From sequence record MK250029.1: 64,000 nucleotides of DNA; one strand, given 5' to 3'. How positions within the stretch are numbered: position 1 is the first letter of the stretch; every line of letters starts with the position of its first letter. The notes beneath the pieces are model-generated. The model searched no databases. It had not been told where the DNA came from and saw only the letters and a list, made by a program, of their open reading frames with translations. The position numbers were made by a program, and so were the translations under genes. Below, piece after piece: positions 11,245-23,687 of this stretch.

Positions 11245-11454
11245 ATGATTAACATTAATGATTTAACAGATAACGAAAAATATATTTTTACACAAGGATA
11301 TGAACAGGGACAAAAAGAAAGTCTTGAAAATTATGATAATATTGAAAAGATTATAGATGCATATCTTGTAGTAAAACATGAATGTCAAAATAAAGATTTC
11401 ATGGAAAGACATGACTTTATTTCACTTGTTATCGATAAGACAAAACAAATTTAA
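11245..11454 (+). CDS. Hypothetical protein
   Basis: Short ORF, ATG 11245. Confidence 0.5.
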   Translation: MININDLTDNEKYIFTQGYEQGQKESLENYDNIEKIIDAYLVVKHECQNKDFMERHDFISLVIDKTKQI

Positions 11455-11492
11455 GTTAATATAAATTATAGAATTAAAATAAAAGATATATT

Positions 11493-12758
11493 ATGCCTAT
11501 TATTGAGAAAACAAAGTATTCATATAATGATTTGACTATTGAGCCTGCAGTAATTAGTTCAATTAAGAGTAGAAAGGAATGTGATCCATATGAGCGTATG
11601 GATGTAAATATGAGAGATTATCTTCCGTTGTTTACTGCACCAATGTCTACTATTGCAAATGAACATAATTTTAATATATGGAAGAAGAATAAAATTATGC
11701 CTATGTTGCCACGAAATATTGGTGCTGATCCAAATGGAAGTATTGATAAACGAATTAGTTATATCAAAGATTTTCTTGATAATGGTGATTGGGTTGCGTT
11801 GTCACTTAAGGAATTTGAATATGTTTTTGTAGAACATAAGATGATGAGTCCTGGACAACTCTTTCCTGGTTATAATCGAACATATAGAGTATGTGTAGAT
11901 TTGGCTAATGGTCATATGGAATGTCTATATGATACAATTAATAAAGCGAAGGAAATTGCAAGAAATGACAATTATAAACTTATTGTAATGACAGGAAATA
12001 TTGCAAATTCTGAAACATATAGATGGATTTGCAAACATGCTGAAGTTGATTATATTAGATTGTCTGTAGGAAGTGGATCAAATTGTATTACGGCTACGCA
12101 GACCTCTGTTCATTATCCTATTGCATCATTAATTGATGAATGTAAGTATATAAAGAATGTATACGAAGGTAAATCTTATGCTAAATCAACACCTTATATT
12201 ATTGCTGATGGTGGTGTTAGAGGATATGCAGATGTTATTAAGGCTATTGCTCTTGGTGCAGATTATGTAATGATTGGTAGTTTGTTTACAGGATTACTTG
12301 AATCTGCTGCACCTCTTGATATTGAGTGTTATAATTCACATTATAAGTATGGATATGCAGCAGGTATTATTAATGATGGTATTAATAATATTCTTAATCT
12401 TTGGGATGGTCTTGAAGATGAAGATGATAATGATACATTAGTACCAATTGATAATAAAGAATTGGAGCAGAAGAAGAAAGATTTCATTAAGGATATGAAA
12501 GATATTGTAAAGGAATCTTATGGTATGTCTACAAAGAAGGCTCAGAAGTTGATTAATCCAAATGCAAAGTCAAAGACTTCTGAAGGATGTACGAAGTATA
12601 TTCATGTAAAGGAAACTGTTAAACAGTGGTCAGATAATATGATAGATTATTTCAGATCAGCAATGAGTTATACAAATAAGAAATATATTAATGATTTCAG
12701 AGGAAAAGTAGATCTGATTATTAATAGTTCATCTGCAATTCTTGCAGTAAATAAGTAA
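11493..12758 (+). CDS. guaC: GMP reductase / IMPDH-family protein
   Basis: PLFTAPM, VDLANGH, GNIA, GSGSNCIT, IIADGGVR...IALGADYVMIG. Confidence 0.85.
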   Translation: MPIIEKTKYSYNDLTIEPAVISSIKSRKECDPYERMDVNMRDYLPLFTAPMSTIANEHNFNIWKKNKIMPMLPRNIGADPNGSIDKRISYIKDFLDNGDWVALSLKEFEYVFVEHKMMSPGQLFPGYNRTYRVCVDLANGHMECLYDTINKAKEIARNDNYKLIVMTGNIANSETYRWICKHAEVDYIRLSVGSGSNCITATQTSVHYPIASLIDECKYIKNVYEGKSYAKSTPYIIADGGVRGYADVIKAIALGADYVMIGSLFTGLLESAAPLDIECYNSHYKYGYAAGIINDGINNILNLWDGLEDEDDNDTLVPIDNKELEQKKKDFIKDMKDIVKESYGMSTKKAQKLINPNAKSKTSEGCTKYIHVKETVKQWSDNMIDYFRSAMSYTNKKYINDFRGKVDLIINSSSAILAVNK

Positions 12759-12785
12759 ATAATTTTATTCATCATTTTAATATTA

Positions 12786-12823
12786 GGATGGAATACTTAA
12801 TTATGAGTATTTCATCCTTTTTT
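12786..12823 (+). terminator. Intrinsic terminator
   Basis: AGGATGGAATACT...AGTATTTCATCCT followed by a T-run. Confidence 0.65.
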
Positions 12824-12854
12824 AATAAATATATAAAAAGAAAAATTACCTAAT

Positions 12855-15044
12855 ATGCCAAAAATAAAGAATTATCAAAAGTTAGATAAAAATTCTGTAT
12901 TTAGTAATTGTAGTTATGCATAGTCAGCAGGTGTTTATTATAATTAGGAAGGTTTTTCTAATGTAACAAATAAAATTTAGGATATGGGAACATATAATCC
13001 TGATAAGTATATATTAGGAAATATAACTAAACCAAATAAGAAGACATTTGTTAATTATGATAAACATGAAATAATTAATAAAGGAAATAATACAAAAATT
13101 AACATTAATAATATAAAGAATAATAAGGAAACATATGCGTATGTTTCTGGTATTATGGTTCCTACTATTGAAGCTGAAGTAAAACCTATTACAGAAATAT
13201 TAAAAGAAACTGAAGATAATATTACAAATTCAAAAAATATAGTTATTAATAGTAACGAATTTAAAGAATTACATAAAGAAGAAAAAGTTATTAATAATAA
13301 GAATATTAAACAAGTAAAAGGTAAATCATCTGTAAATTTATTTTCTAAAGTATTTGAAAATAAACAATAGAATGATATTAATGATGATAATGTAATATAT
13401 TTAAATGGTTGGGTATGGTTAAATAGATTTAATAAACCATATGCACATAATTTTGGTGATGATATAAATTTTTCATTTTTGACAGAAATAACAGGTAAGA
13501 AACATAAGAAATACGATAATGAATTTGTAACAAATTATTTAATGATTGGAAGTATTTTTATTGATAAGTATATAAATGATTTTACAGAAGTATGGGGTAG
13601 TGGAATGTTAAGACATTAGGTATTATATAAAAAACCAAATAAAGTATATGCAGTTAGAGGTCCAAAAACACGAGAGATCTGTTTAGCATCAAATATAGAT
13701 TGTCCGGAAATATATGGAGATCCTGCATTATTAATACCATATTACTATTATCCTTATGTAATGAAAAAATATAAATTAGGAATTATTCCACATCATTCTC
13801 ATATTAATTCAGATATATTAAATAAATTTAAAGATAATGAAAATATTAAGATTATTAATTTTACAAAATATAATGATTGGAAAGATATAATTAAAGAAAT
13901 TGTAGAATGTGAATTTATTATATCTGAAAGTTTACATGGTTTGATTATATCAGAAGCATTTAGAATTCCTAATATATGGATTTCATTAGGAAATAATATA
14001 GGATAGAATTTGAAATATGAAGATTTCTTTTTATCTATTAATAAACCATTATATGATTCATATTTAGTAAATGAAGATACAACATATGAAGATTTATTAA
14101 AATTAAAAGATAATTATAATTCAACATTTGAAATAGATTTACAAAAATTAGTTGATGCTTGCCCTATAAAATTAAAGAATTTAAATTTATATAATCAGAT
14201 TAAACCATATACAGGAAAAGTATTATTATGCTGTATAGGAAAAATGGAAAATAATTATATACGAGAGTTTGTAGAATATTATAAAACAATAGGATTTGAT
14301 AATATATGTTTATATGATAATAATGATATAGATGGAGAACATTTTGAGGATGTAATAGGTGATTATATAGATTCAGGGTTTGTAATATTAAAAGATTGGA
14401 GAGGAAAAGAATTAGCATAGATTCCATCATATACAGATTGTTATAATACATATAAAGATGAATATGATTGGATAGCATATTTTGATATAGATGAATTTTT
14501 AGATTTAGATTGTAATAATATAAAAGAATTCTTATCAGATGATATGTATAATGATAGAGGTATAAATTGTATAAGAGTTTGTTGGAAACAATTTACTGAT
14601 TCTAATATTATTAAAACAGATGGAAATTATTCAGTAACTAAATTTAATCAATATATACCATTAGATAAAGATAAATATTGTGCATAGACAAAAATTATAA
14701 TTAAAACGTAGTTAGATAATATCATATTTGATTCACCACATGGTGTTATATATAATAAAGATAATCATATTACATGTGTAAATACAAATGGTGATTTATG
14801 TACAAATGATATAATTATAAATAATCCTACATGGGAAAATGCATGTTTAAATCATTATCGTTTTAGAACAATAGAGGAATATGTATTAAATAAAATGGTA
14901 AGATTATGGCCAACAACATATATGAATGGTGGAAAAACGGGATTAAATTTAAATTTATTTTTTAGATATAATACATTTTCATAGGAAAAATTAAATTTTG
15001 CAAATTATCTTTTAGATAAATTTAATATAAGTAGAAATGAATAA
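12855..15044 (+). CDS. Fusion of an unknown N-terminal domain, a polysaccharide pyruvyl transferase and a GT92/GT2-like glycosyltransferase, 729 aa, 10 TAG
   Basis: One frame with TAG read-through; HNFGD, IGS, WGSG, AVRGPKT, YGDPALL, LGIIPH, SLHGLI; then CCIGKMEN..IREFVEYY, LYDNND, WIAYFDIDEFL, LNHY. Confidence 0.8.
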
Positions 15045-15326
15045 GGAAAATTAATATTTTATATAAAATATTTAGATAAATAATAAAAGAATATAGTGTG
15101 ACTAAATTTAAGTATGTTTAATGAGGTGTATCATTAAGTCATTGGAAGAATTTAATCTACAACTTTATGTATATAAATTTAGTTTGATTTATATTTATTA
15201 AAAAAGATAAGATTTAGATAATTATCTTTTTATATATTTAAATATAGTTTTCTTAGGTTAACTTCACATATATTATAGAAATATATGTTATTAAGTTAAA
15301 TATCTAATATAAGTAGAAATGAATAA
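15023..15326 (+). repeat. 22-bp direct repeat (15023-15044 and 15305-15326)
   Basis: TAATATAAGTAGAAATGAATAA in both copies; the first copy is the 3' end of the upstream gene. Confidence 0.8.
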
Positions 15327-15428
15327 ATGAAAATAAAGAGCAATTAAATATTTTTATATAGTGCAAAATTATATAGAATATTAATTGCTCTTTTTTGATA
15401 AATATAAAAAATAACATGTTATATTTAA

Positions 15429-16394
15429 ATGAATAAAGATATACGTCCACCTCAGCATGTATTACATGTTTTCGATCCTAATAGAAAATGTAGACCACAT
15501 GATGAAGTTGAGTTTATAGAAGGTCGTTATGTTGATATTGTAAATGCAAAGAATAAGGATCCACATACTTTGTATTTCGGTAAATCAAAGAATTCTGAGC
15601 TCTTAACAGGTATTTTTTTAGGTGATCTTGAACTTACTTCAAAAGTAAAAGATGTATCTCTTGTTTCTGTTGATGGCGTTGTAACATTATCTATTAAATA
15701 TGTTAATTCTGCTGGTAAACTTGCAACTGTAAAAACAAATTTACCTTCATAGAAACTTGTTGAAGATATTAAAAAATTATTAGAATCTTTTGATACAAGT
15801 ATTCTTGATAAAATTAACACATCATTCAGTGATGTATATGATAGATTAAATGTTATCGATTCATCAATAGTTGATATTAATAATCATCTTACAGTTATAG
15901 ATACTTCTGTAGGTGAATTAACAACAAGAGTAGATACATTAGATACATCATTATTAGGATTAATAGATGAACTTGATCATGGTAAGTATAATTATACAAT
16001 ACATGAAGATCCTGGAACATATGCAAACGGTTTCAAAAAAACATTTACTTTATTTAAAGGTGAAGAAGAACAAAAAGATTCATCTAAGATTGAAGTAACT
16101 GATATGGTGTTGAAATAGTTAAATTATGTTAAAGATAATAATGTAATTGAAGCAAAAGTTTGGCCAGAACCTATTAAGTCAATCGATTTAATCGGTGATG
16201 TTCTTACATTAAAAGATGGTACAGTTATTAAAGATGTTATTTCATCTCTTGATAAAGATTTAATTAAAACTGTATCATTAGACATGAAAGGTTATGACGA
16301 ACATATTAATGACTTCATGAATACTGATTCATCTATTAATGACAGATTAACTTTTGTAGAAAACCAATTGAAATGGGAAGAGTTAGATAACTAA
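15429..16394 (+). CDS. Putative virion fibre/structural protein 1, 321 aa, 2 TAG
   Basis: Read-through of TAG 15750; heptad-like LDTS repeats; ends LKWEELDN. Confidence 0.6.
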
Positions 16395-16441
16395 TTATAA
16401 AAAAGAGAATAAATAATAAAATTAAATCTATTAAATTTAAT

Positions 16442-18043
16442 ATGAATAAAAATATGGTTTATGGTGCTAATGAAGCAACTTCTTTAACTGATAAAGTTGC
16501 AGATTTTACAAAGGGTAAAAACATTCACTTTGGTTCTGGTGCATTTGAAGAATAGAAAGTTGTTGCTATTGCAACAGCAGCTGAATCTGATGCAAAGGTT
16601 CGTTTCGTATATGATGCAACAGGTGATTCTGGTATGGTATTTGTTGGTAATCAACTTGCATCTTCTAAGATTCTTGACATTACAACAAATAAAGTAGCAA
16701 AGAAACATTTTGATCCTGAAACTGGTAATTATGTAGAATCAACTACAGAAAAAGTTGCAACTAAGGTAACAGTTACATGGTTCGGTTCTCAAGAAGATCC
16801 TGCTGATAATGTTGTAAAGACAAAGGTTTGGGAAACTGTATTTGATGTTATTGATACAGATACAGTAAAAGCAATGATTGATAAAGCTTCAGCAGATTTA
16901 AAAAAATCAGTTGATGATTTAAAAACAAAACATGAAGCAGACGTTTTACGTTTAGATACATCAGTTAACGGCATTGAGACACTTCTTAAGAGCGATGTAG
17001 TTTCAGCTGACACTGGTAGTGCACTTACAGTAACTCCTACTTCTGCTGATGCAACAGGTTATAAGACTTATAAGGTTGCAGTTAACGTAGATGATGCAGA
17101 AGGTTCAACTATTAAGGTTGTAGATAATAAGATTAAGATTGCAAAGTATGCAATTAAGCAGGTTGCTGCGGATTCTATGGAAAAAGATGCAGATACTAAT
17201 GAAACAAAGTATGCATCTGAATATCAGTTAATGATGACTGATGCTGATGGTGTTACAAAGGCAGTTGGTGATAAGATTAATATTGCAAAAGACTTCTTAG
17301 TAACTAAGGCACATGTATGTACATTTAAGTATGCAAAAGTTGAAACAACAACAAATCCAGATACACATGAAGTAACAGTAACAAATAAAGTTGAAATTGT
17401 ATATGGTACTGCTTCAGATCAGTGGGGATAGACATCAACAGTAAATTATGGTGATGAAGTAAAATCAGAAGCAATGCTTCCATATTCAATAAATCAAGAT
17501 GGTACAGTTGAACAAGCACGTCTTGGTTTCGGTATTAAGTATGGTCATTCATATTTACACTTAGTTATCAATACTAAGCCAACTGATACAAAAGCTGCTA
17601 GACATGATGATGTTTATCTTGATTTCACAGAAATCTTTACAACATTCAAGGGTGATGATAAATTCATTACAGTTCAGAATGGTGTTGTTTCTTTGAATAT
17701 TGACGCAGTTTCAACTGCAGTTGATACTAAACTTAAGGTTAATGAGACATTCACAGAACTTAAAGCAAAAGATACAGAAATTGAAGGTCGTCTTGATGGA
17801 TTAGACACATCAGTTAGTGCTATCGAAGATTCTTATGTAAAGGATGCATCTCTTGAATCACCAAAAGCAGGTAATGAACAGTTTAATACTTTAAAGATTA
17901 CTAACAGTAAGGATGGTGCTGAAAGTGTTGTTACTGTAGATGTTGCAAATGAAAAATATTATGCAGGATTAAATACAGCATTAAATACACTTACAGAAAA
18001 TGATAAACATCTTTCTGCACTTCTTACATGGGAAGAACTCTAA
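16442..18043 (+). CDS. Putative virion fibre/structural protein 2, 533 aa, 2 TAG
   Basis: Joins track ORFs 16634-17431 and 17474-18043; T/D/V/A-rich; ends LTWEEL. Confidence 0.65.
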
Positions 18044-18145
18044 TTAATTTTTAATTAACTTTAATAATATAATGGGATAACTGATAATAATTCAATTATC
18101 CCATTTTTTAGATAAATAAAATAAAATATAAACTTTATTAATAAT

Positions 18146-20089
18146 ATGGCTATTACTATTAAAAAGTCAATGATTAATGGTGCTCCAGTTATTTTTGGCG
18201 CTCCTGCTGATGCAGATACTGCAAAAGGTGTAGAAGTAAAATTTGGTTATGGTACACTTGAGAATGTACTTGCAAAAGTTGGTACTGCAGATGACGGCGT
18301 AATCTATTTCGGTTATGATGATGCTAAATCAACTGGTGCAATTGTTTCACGCGGTAAACTTGTTTCTTCAAAAATTCTTGATATTACAACAACTGCTGCT
18401 GTAACAGGAGAAGGTGATAAAATAATAAAAGAAGCATAGATTGTAATTTCTTATATTGATACTGATAAGTCTGTTAAAACATTAGAAATTCCTGTTTCTG
18501 CTGATGGTAAATTAAAAGATCTTGCTGATAAGATTGAAGCTCTTAAAACATTAGTAGGTACAAAGACAGATACTAAAGATACTGATACAGTATTCGGTGC
18601 AATTGCAAAAGAAACAGATCGTGCAACTACTAAAGAAACTGCAATTTCCGATCTTCTTGGAACAAAGGATGATGATAAAACAAAAGAAACTGCATTTGGT
18701 AAGATTGCTACTGAAGTAGCGCGTGCAACTGATGCAGAAACAGGATTATCAAATAGAATCAAAACTCTTGAAGATAAAAAGTATACAACAGTTAATGCAA
18801 AAGCAGATGGTCATGTAAAAGTTACTGTTTCTGATGATAATGTTGTAACTGTAACAGAAGATGATATTGCGTCTGCTGCACTTCTTGGTACTGTTGATGA
18901 TGCTGTTGGTACTGCAACTGCATTTGGAAAGATTGCTGATGAAACAAAGCGTGCAACTGATGTTGAAGGTAAGTTAGATACTCGTGTAACTAATATTGAA
19001 ACACTTATAGGTGATGCAGAAAAGCCAGATGAAGATAAAGTAATCAATAAAGTAACTGAAGTAATTGATTGGTTCAAAGGCGTTTCTGAAACCGAAAAAG
19101 GTGCAACACTTATTTCTGATGTTGCTGCAAATAAAACAGCTATTGGTACAAAAACTGTAGAAAATACTAATAGCATTTATAAGAGAATTGAAGATCTTGA
19201 AGCAAAGAAACACACAGTAAGTGACGTAGTTGCTGATGCTGGTAAATGTGTATCAGGTATTCATGTTGATGAAAATGGTGCATTAACAATTGATCAAGCT
19301 GAATTATCTGCTGGTAATATTAATGCTACTGCAATTGTAGCAGGTGATGATACTGTTGCAGTTGAAGGTGATAAGGTTGCTTCATAGATTGAAAGTTTAG
19401 CTAAGTCTATTAAGACTGCTACAAAGTCTGCTGATGATGCAATTAAGGCACTTGATGTTACAGATACTGCAGTAGAAGGAAAATATGTTTCTGCTGTTTC
19501 TGAAGAAGATGGTAAGATTACAGTTACACGTGCAGATCTTCCTACACTTTCTGTTAAGACAGGTTCAGAACAATTTGCAGCTGTTAATAACCATGAAGTT
19601 GAAATCAAGACTACTGCATTAAATACTGTTGGACTTACAAAGACTGAAGCCGGTAAATGGCAAGCAGGTACTGCTGATGCAAAATCAACTGGTCTTGCAA
19701 CTGCTGCAGATGTTGCCGCAGAAATCGTATCAGATGAAGAGGTTATTGCAACAGCTCTTAATGATCATGAAAATCGTTTAAAGACAGTAGAAGGTAAAGA
19801 AATTACTGTTTCTTCTGCTAAGTCTGATGTTGCTATTTCTGTTGATGAAGTAAAAGACAGCGATGTTGTTACTACAGCTGCAACTAATTTCAATGTTACT
19901 GGTGGTAAAATTACATTTACTATTCATGATGGTGATAAAGATGTTGCAGAAACAATTACTGCATATACAGAAGATACTGTTAAAGCTCTTGTTGAACTTT
20001 ATGCAAAGGAAAAAGCTCGTGCTGAAGCTGCAGAAGCTGGTCTTGATAAGAGATTAACTTGGGTTGAATTGAATAAACAAGACAAATAA
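18146..20089 (+). CDS. Putative virion fibre/structural protein 3, 647 aa, 2 TAG
   Basis: Continuous frame with TAG read-through; repeated TAFGKIA.E..RAT..E coiled-coil units; ends LTWVELNKQDK. Confidence 0.65.
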
Positions 20090-20108
20090 TAATTTAACAT
20101 AAATTTAA

Positions 20109-20145
20109 AATGAGACTTAAAGTCAGACTTAAGTCTCATTTTTTT
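20109..20145 (+). terminator. Intrinsic terminator
   Basis: AATGAGACTTAA...TTAAGTCTCATT followed by a T-run. Confidence 0.7.
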
Positions 20146-20191
20146 ATATAAACTCTAAACAAACAGTGTTTAATTTTAACATAAGAATATT

Positions 20192-20842
20192 ATGGATCAA
20201 ATTACAAAAGAAAGAAATAAACAAGAGTTTATAGAGTTATTGAGAAGTACAAAAAGAGAAGGTATTGAAGATTTAATTAACTGGTTATCAGAGAAGTCTG
20301 ATTTCTTTGAAGCTCCATCATCTACAATTTACCATTGTAATTATCCTGGAGGTCTCTGCCAACATTCACTTAACGTTTATTATGCAGCACGAGACTTCTA
20401 TGAGACTTATAAGAAACTATCTCTGCCAGAGAAAAATGTAGAGTCCATCCCAATGGAATCTATTATCATAACTGCACTTCTTCATGATTTATGTAAAGCA
20501 AATAACTATAAGATTGTTGAGAAGTTTAAGAAAGATGAATCAAACCAATGGTTCAAATACTATTCATATCAGATTGATGAAAAACTTCCACTCGGTCATG
20601 CTCCAAAATCTATTTTTATTGCACAAACATTTATCAGACTTTCAGGCGAAGAATTATGCGCTATTATGTGGCATATGGGAATGTCTGATATTGGTGCATG
20701 GATGAGTAATTACCAAAAACCTTCTATGCAAACATCATATACAAAAGTTCCACTTTCTGTATTAATTATGCAAGCAGACTTTTTCGCTTCATACTGTATG
20801 GAAAAAGAAGTAGATCAAACTGTTGAATGCAGAATTGGTTAA
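20192..20842 (+). CDS. HD-domain phosphohydrolase
   Basis: YHCNYPGGLCQHSLNV...ALLHDLCK...GH...WHMG. Confidence 0.85.
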   Translation: MDQITKERNKQEFIELLRSTKREGIEDLINWLSEKSDFFEAPSSTIYHCNYPGGLCQHSLNVYYAARDFYETYKKLSLPEKNVESIPMESIIITALLHDLCKANNYKIVEKFKKDESNQWFKYYSYQIDEKLPLGHAPKSIFIAQTFIRLSGEELCAIMWHMGMSDIGAWMSNYQKPSMQTSYTKVPLSVLIMQADFFASYCMEKEVDQTVECRIG

Positions 20843-20871
20843 AAATAAAAGAGAGATTAAATTGTTGATAT

Positions 20872-21597
20872 TTAATCTCTCTTTTTATATATTAAATTAT
20901 AACCTCTTTCTTTCCAACGTTCTTCAATTGTATTTCTTCTTGTTATAATTTTATCATTAACATTATTTTCATTCTTATTCGCACATTCATTAGAACAATA
21001 ATGTCTAAACCCTTCACTGAATCTATAAAACTTAACATATTTTCCACATGTAGGACATACAGGACTTTTATTAATATGATTCTTCATTCGATATAAAATC
21101 TCCTGTATAACTGATTTATTCCTCTATAAATCATCATACCTATTCATCATGTAATCATATATACCAAATTGCTTTAACTTTTTATTTTTACAATATTCAG
21201 ATATTAATCTGTCATCTTTAATCATTAAATTCAATACATATTCATCATCAATATTTTCTTTCTACTTTACATCAGTTAATTTATGTATTTTATTCGGATC
21301 ATTTAATGAACATTTATATGAACAATATTGATTATAACCATATAAAAATCCTCTGAATAATAAAGGAATCTCTTTACCACATGTTTTACAATATAAATGT
21401 AAATCATCTGGTAATTTATAATATATCCTATATATGATTTCCTGTATATTTTTTACAGATTTAAATCTATTCATTAAATAATCATATAAACCATGATCTT
21501 TTAACCATGATTCTTTTATTCTACATGTATTTAATTGAATTTTATTGTTTCTAAATACTGTTAATTTATCTATTATAATCTGATCTGCCACTTCCAT
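20872..21597 (-). CDS. Protein with two tandem CxxC...CxxxC zinc-finger modules, 241 aa, 2 TAG
   Basis: Joins ORFs 21262-21639 and 20872-21087; repeated DY.MNR...QEI.YR...C.TCGK...YCS..C. Confidence 0.65.
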
Positions 21598-21632
21598 ATT
21601 TTTTATATTAATAAATGTTAAAAATGTTTTAA

Positions 21633-21661
21633 TAAACAAATAACATATTTTACTATATAAT
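21633..21661 (+). promoter_or_regulatory. TAAAC-N18-TATAAT promoter class (about 15 copies in the window)
   Basis: Same spacing at 5646, 6857, 21633, 23966, 28668, 30908, 31989, 37156, 44335, 45481, 47640, 48845; variants at 25926 and 57137. Confidence 0.7.
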
Positions 21662-21693
21662 TTAAAATTTGAATTAGAATTTAATTGAAAAAC

Positions 21694-22527
21694 ATGGAAG
21701 AAAAGAAATATAAATTTTGTCAGATAGATCCAAATAATTGTACTGTTGAAGAACTTGAAGAAGAAGTAGAAAGACTTAAAAACTTAGGTGATTTTTACGA
21801 GACTAAACAGTTGGCACTTAAGAAATTTATTAATAGTGTTTACGGAGCAACCGCGAGCAAGTATTTCATTGCACATAACACAGCTGTTGCGGAATCTATT
21901 ACACTTCAGGGACAGGATTTGAATCATTATTCAGAGAATTCTGTTAATGCATATTTTAGTGGTATATTTCAGAATGATACTGAATTGCATAAGAAATTAG
22001 GTATTGATTCAGAAAAAGCAAAAAAAGTAAGTATTGCCAAGGGTAAAACAACAGAAACAGGTACGTTAGATGGACCCGAGTTTTCATATCTTGACGGAAA
22101 CCAATCATTAACCGTGGCTGGTGATACGGATAGTTAGCTTGGTTCAACACAATTCCGCGTTGATAATAACATAACTACAATGGAAGATTTCTTTATTAAA
22201 GCAAAATATGAGAATAATGATGTAGTTATAAAATTAACAAATGGATCTGAAATAATACCTGTTCATAATCATATGACTTTATCATATAAAGATCATGATT
22301 ATAAAACATCAGAACGGCCTATTAATTATATTATGCGTCATAAAGTAACTAAAGATAAGTTTAGATTAAAAACTAAATCTGGGAAAGAACTTATAGTCAC
22401 AGGTGATCATAGTATAATGGTTATTCGTGATAATGAATTGATTTCATTACCTGCAAGAGAAATAAAAAAGTCGGATAAAATTATTACTATTGCGGGTGAT
22501 AATTTTACTAAAGCTGGAGATAAATAA
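21694..22527 (+). CDS. polB: Family B DNA polymerase fragment (motif B to motif C-N) fused to the N-half of a split intein
   Basis: QLALKKFINSVYGA (motif B), SITLQGQ, AGDTD, then intein; TAG at 22135; ends at TAA TAA 22525. Confidence 0.9.
22132..22524 (+). mobile_element. Split intein N-fragment, 131 aa, Ser1, no Cys
   Basis: S(Q)LGSTQF block A directly after GDTD; block B KELIVTGDHSIMV. Confidence 0.85.
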
Positions 22528-22550
22528 TAAAAATAATTTATATTAATAAT

Positions 22551-23687
22551 ATGCCAGCAAAAGCAAAGTATTTAAGTGAATAGGAAATAATTCAATATTG
22601 TAAAGATAATAATATAGATCCATCAATATGTTATTGTAAAGAGTGCGGTAAATTTCTTGCATATGATAATGCAGTATTTCATATAAATTCCGTTACTAAA
22701 AAAATAGTATGTGATGATAATAAGTTATCATTTTTAAGTACGAGAAATTATAATGGTAATGAATATCATTTATGTAGATGTTATGATTGCGTATGTGAGA
22801 AATTTCCAAATTTTAAAGATGTAAGATTCAAATTTGCGCATAAAGCAGCGAAATATACTCAATATGGATTTGGTGTTCCTGATGAAGATTTTAAACCTGT
22901 ATGTGATGCAAGACAATCAGTAACTAAAGAAAAAATGATTAAGAAATATGGTATTACAGAAGGTACTGAAAGATGGAATTCTTATTGTAAGAAACAAGCA
23001 GATTCTAATAAATTTGAATATAAGCATGAAAAACATGGGATGACATATGAAGAATATGATGAATATAATAAATCTCGAGCAGTTACATTAGATAATATGA
23101 TAAAACGATATGGTGTTCAAGATGGATTATTTCATTGGAATCAATATGTAGAAAGATAGAGATATACTTGTACTTTAGAATATTTTATTGAAAAATATGG
23201 TGATACAATAGGAATAGAAAAATATAATGACTTTGTAGAGAAACGAAATACTTCAAATAGATTATTTGGACCATCTGCTATATCATTAGAAATGTTTGAT
23301 AAATTAATTAAAAATTATAAAAATAATATAGTATATTATGATGAAAATGAATATAGTGTCCATACAAATAAACTGTGTTTATATCATGTAGATTATTATG
23401 ATAAAACATTAAATATTATTATAGAATTTTATGGTGATTTCTTTCATTTAAATCCTAAAATATACGATGCTGATTTTATATAGTTTAAACATCATGAAAA
23501 AGCAATATTAGCAAAAAATAGATGGTAGCATGATAAAGAACGTATAGATGATATTCAACAAACGTTGAATTGTAAGGTAATAATAGTTTGGGAATCTACA
23601 TATAAAAATGACAAGAAAGGTACTATTAATTCATTAATACAGATGATTAATAATAAAGAACAATTAAATGACATAACAGAAATATGA
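22551..23687 (+). CDS. Free-standing Vsr-like (EDxHD/DUF559-type) homing endonuclease, 378 aa, 4 TAG
   Basis: N-terminal CxxC motifs, repeated I.KYG..G...W..Y units, C-terminal VDYYD...IEFYGDFFH...HDKER...IVWE. Confidence 0.8.

Noticed and set aside
15527-19608. Minus-strand ORFs in the track (15527, 16484, 16789, 17325, 18451, 18811, 18974, 19294)
   Set aside because: They are antisense shadows of the recoded plus-strand fibre genes
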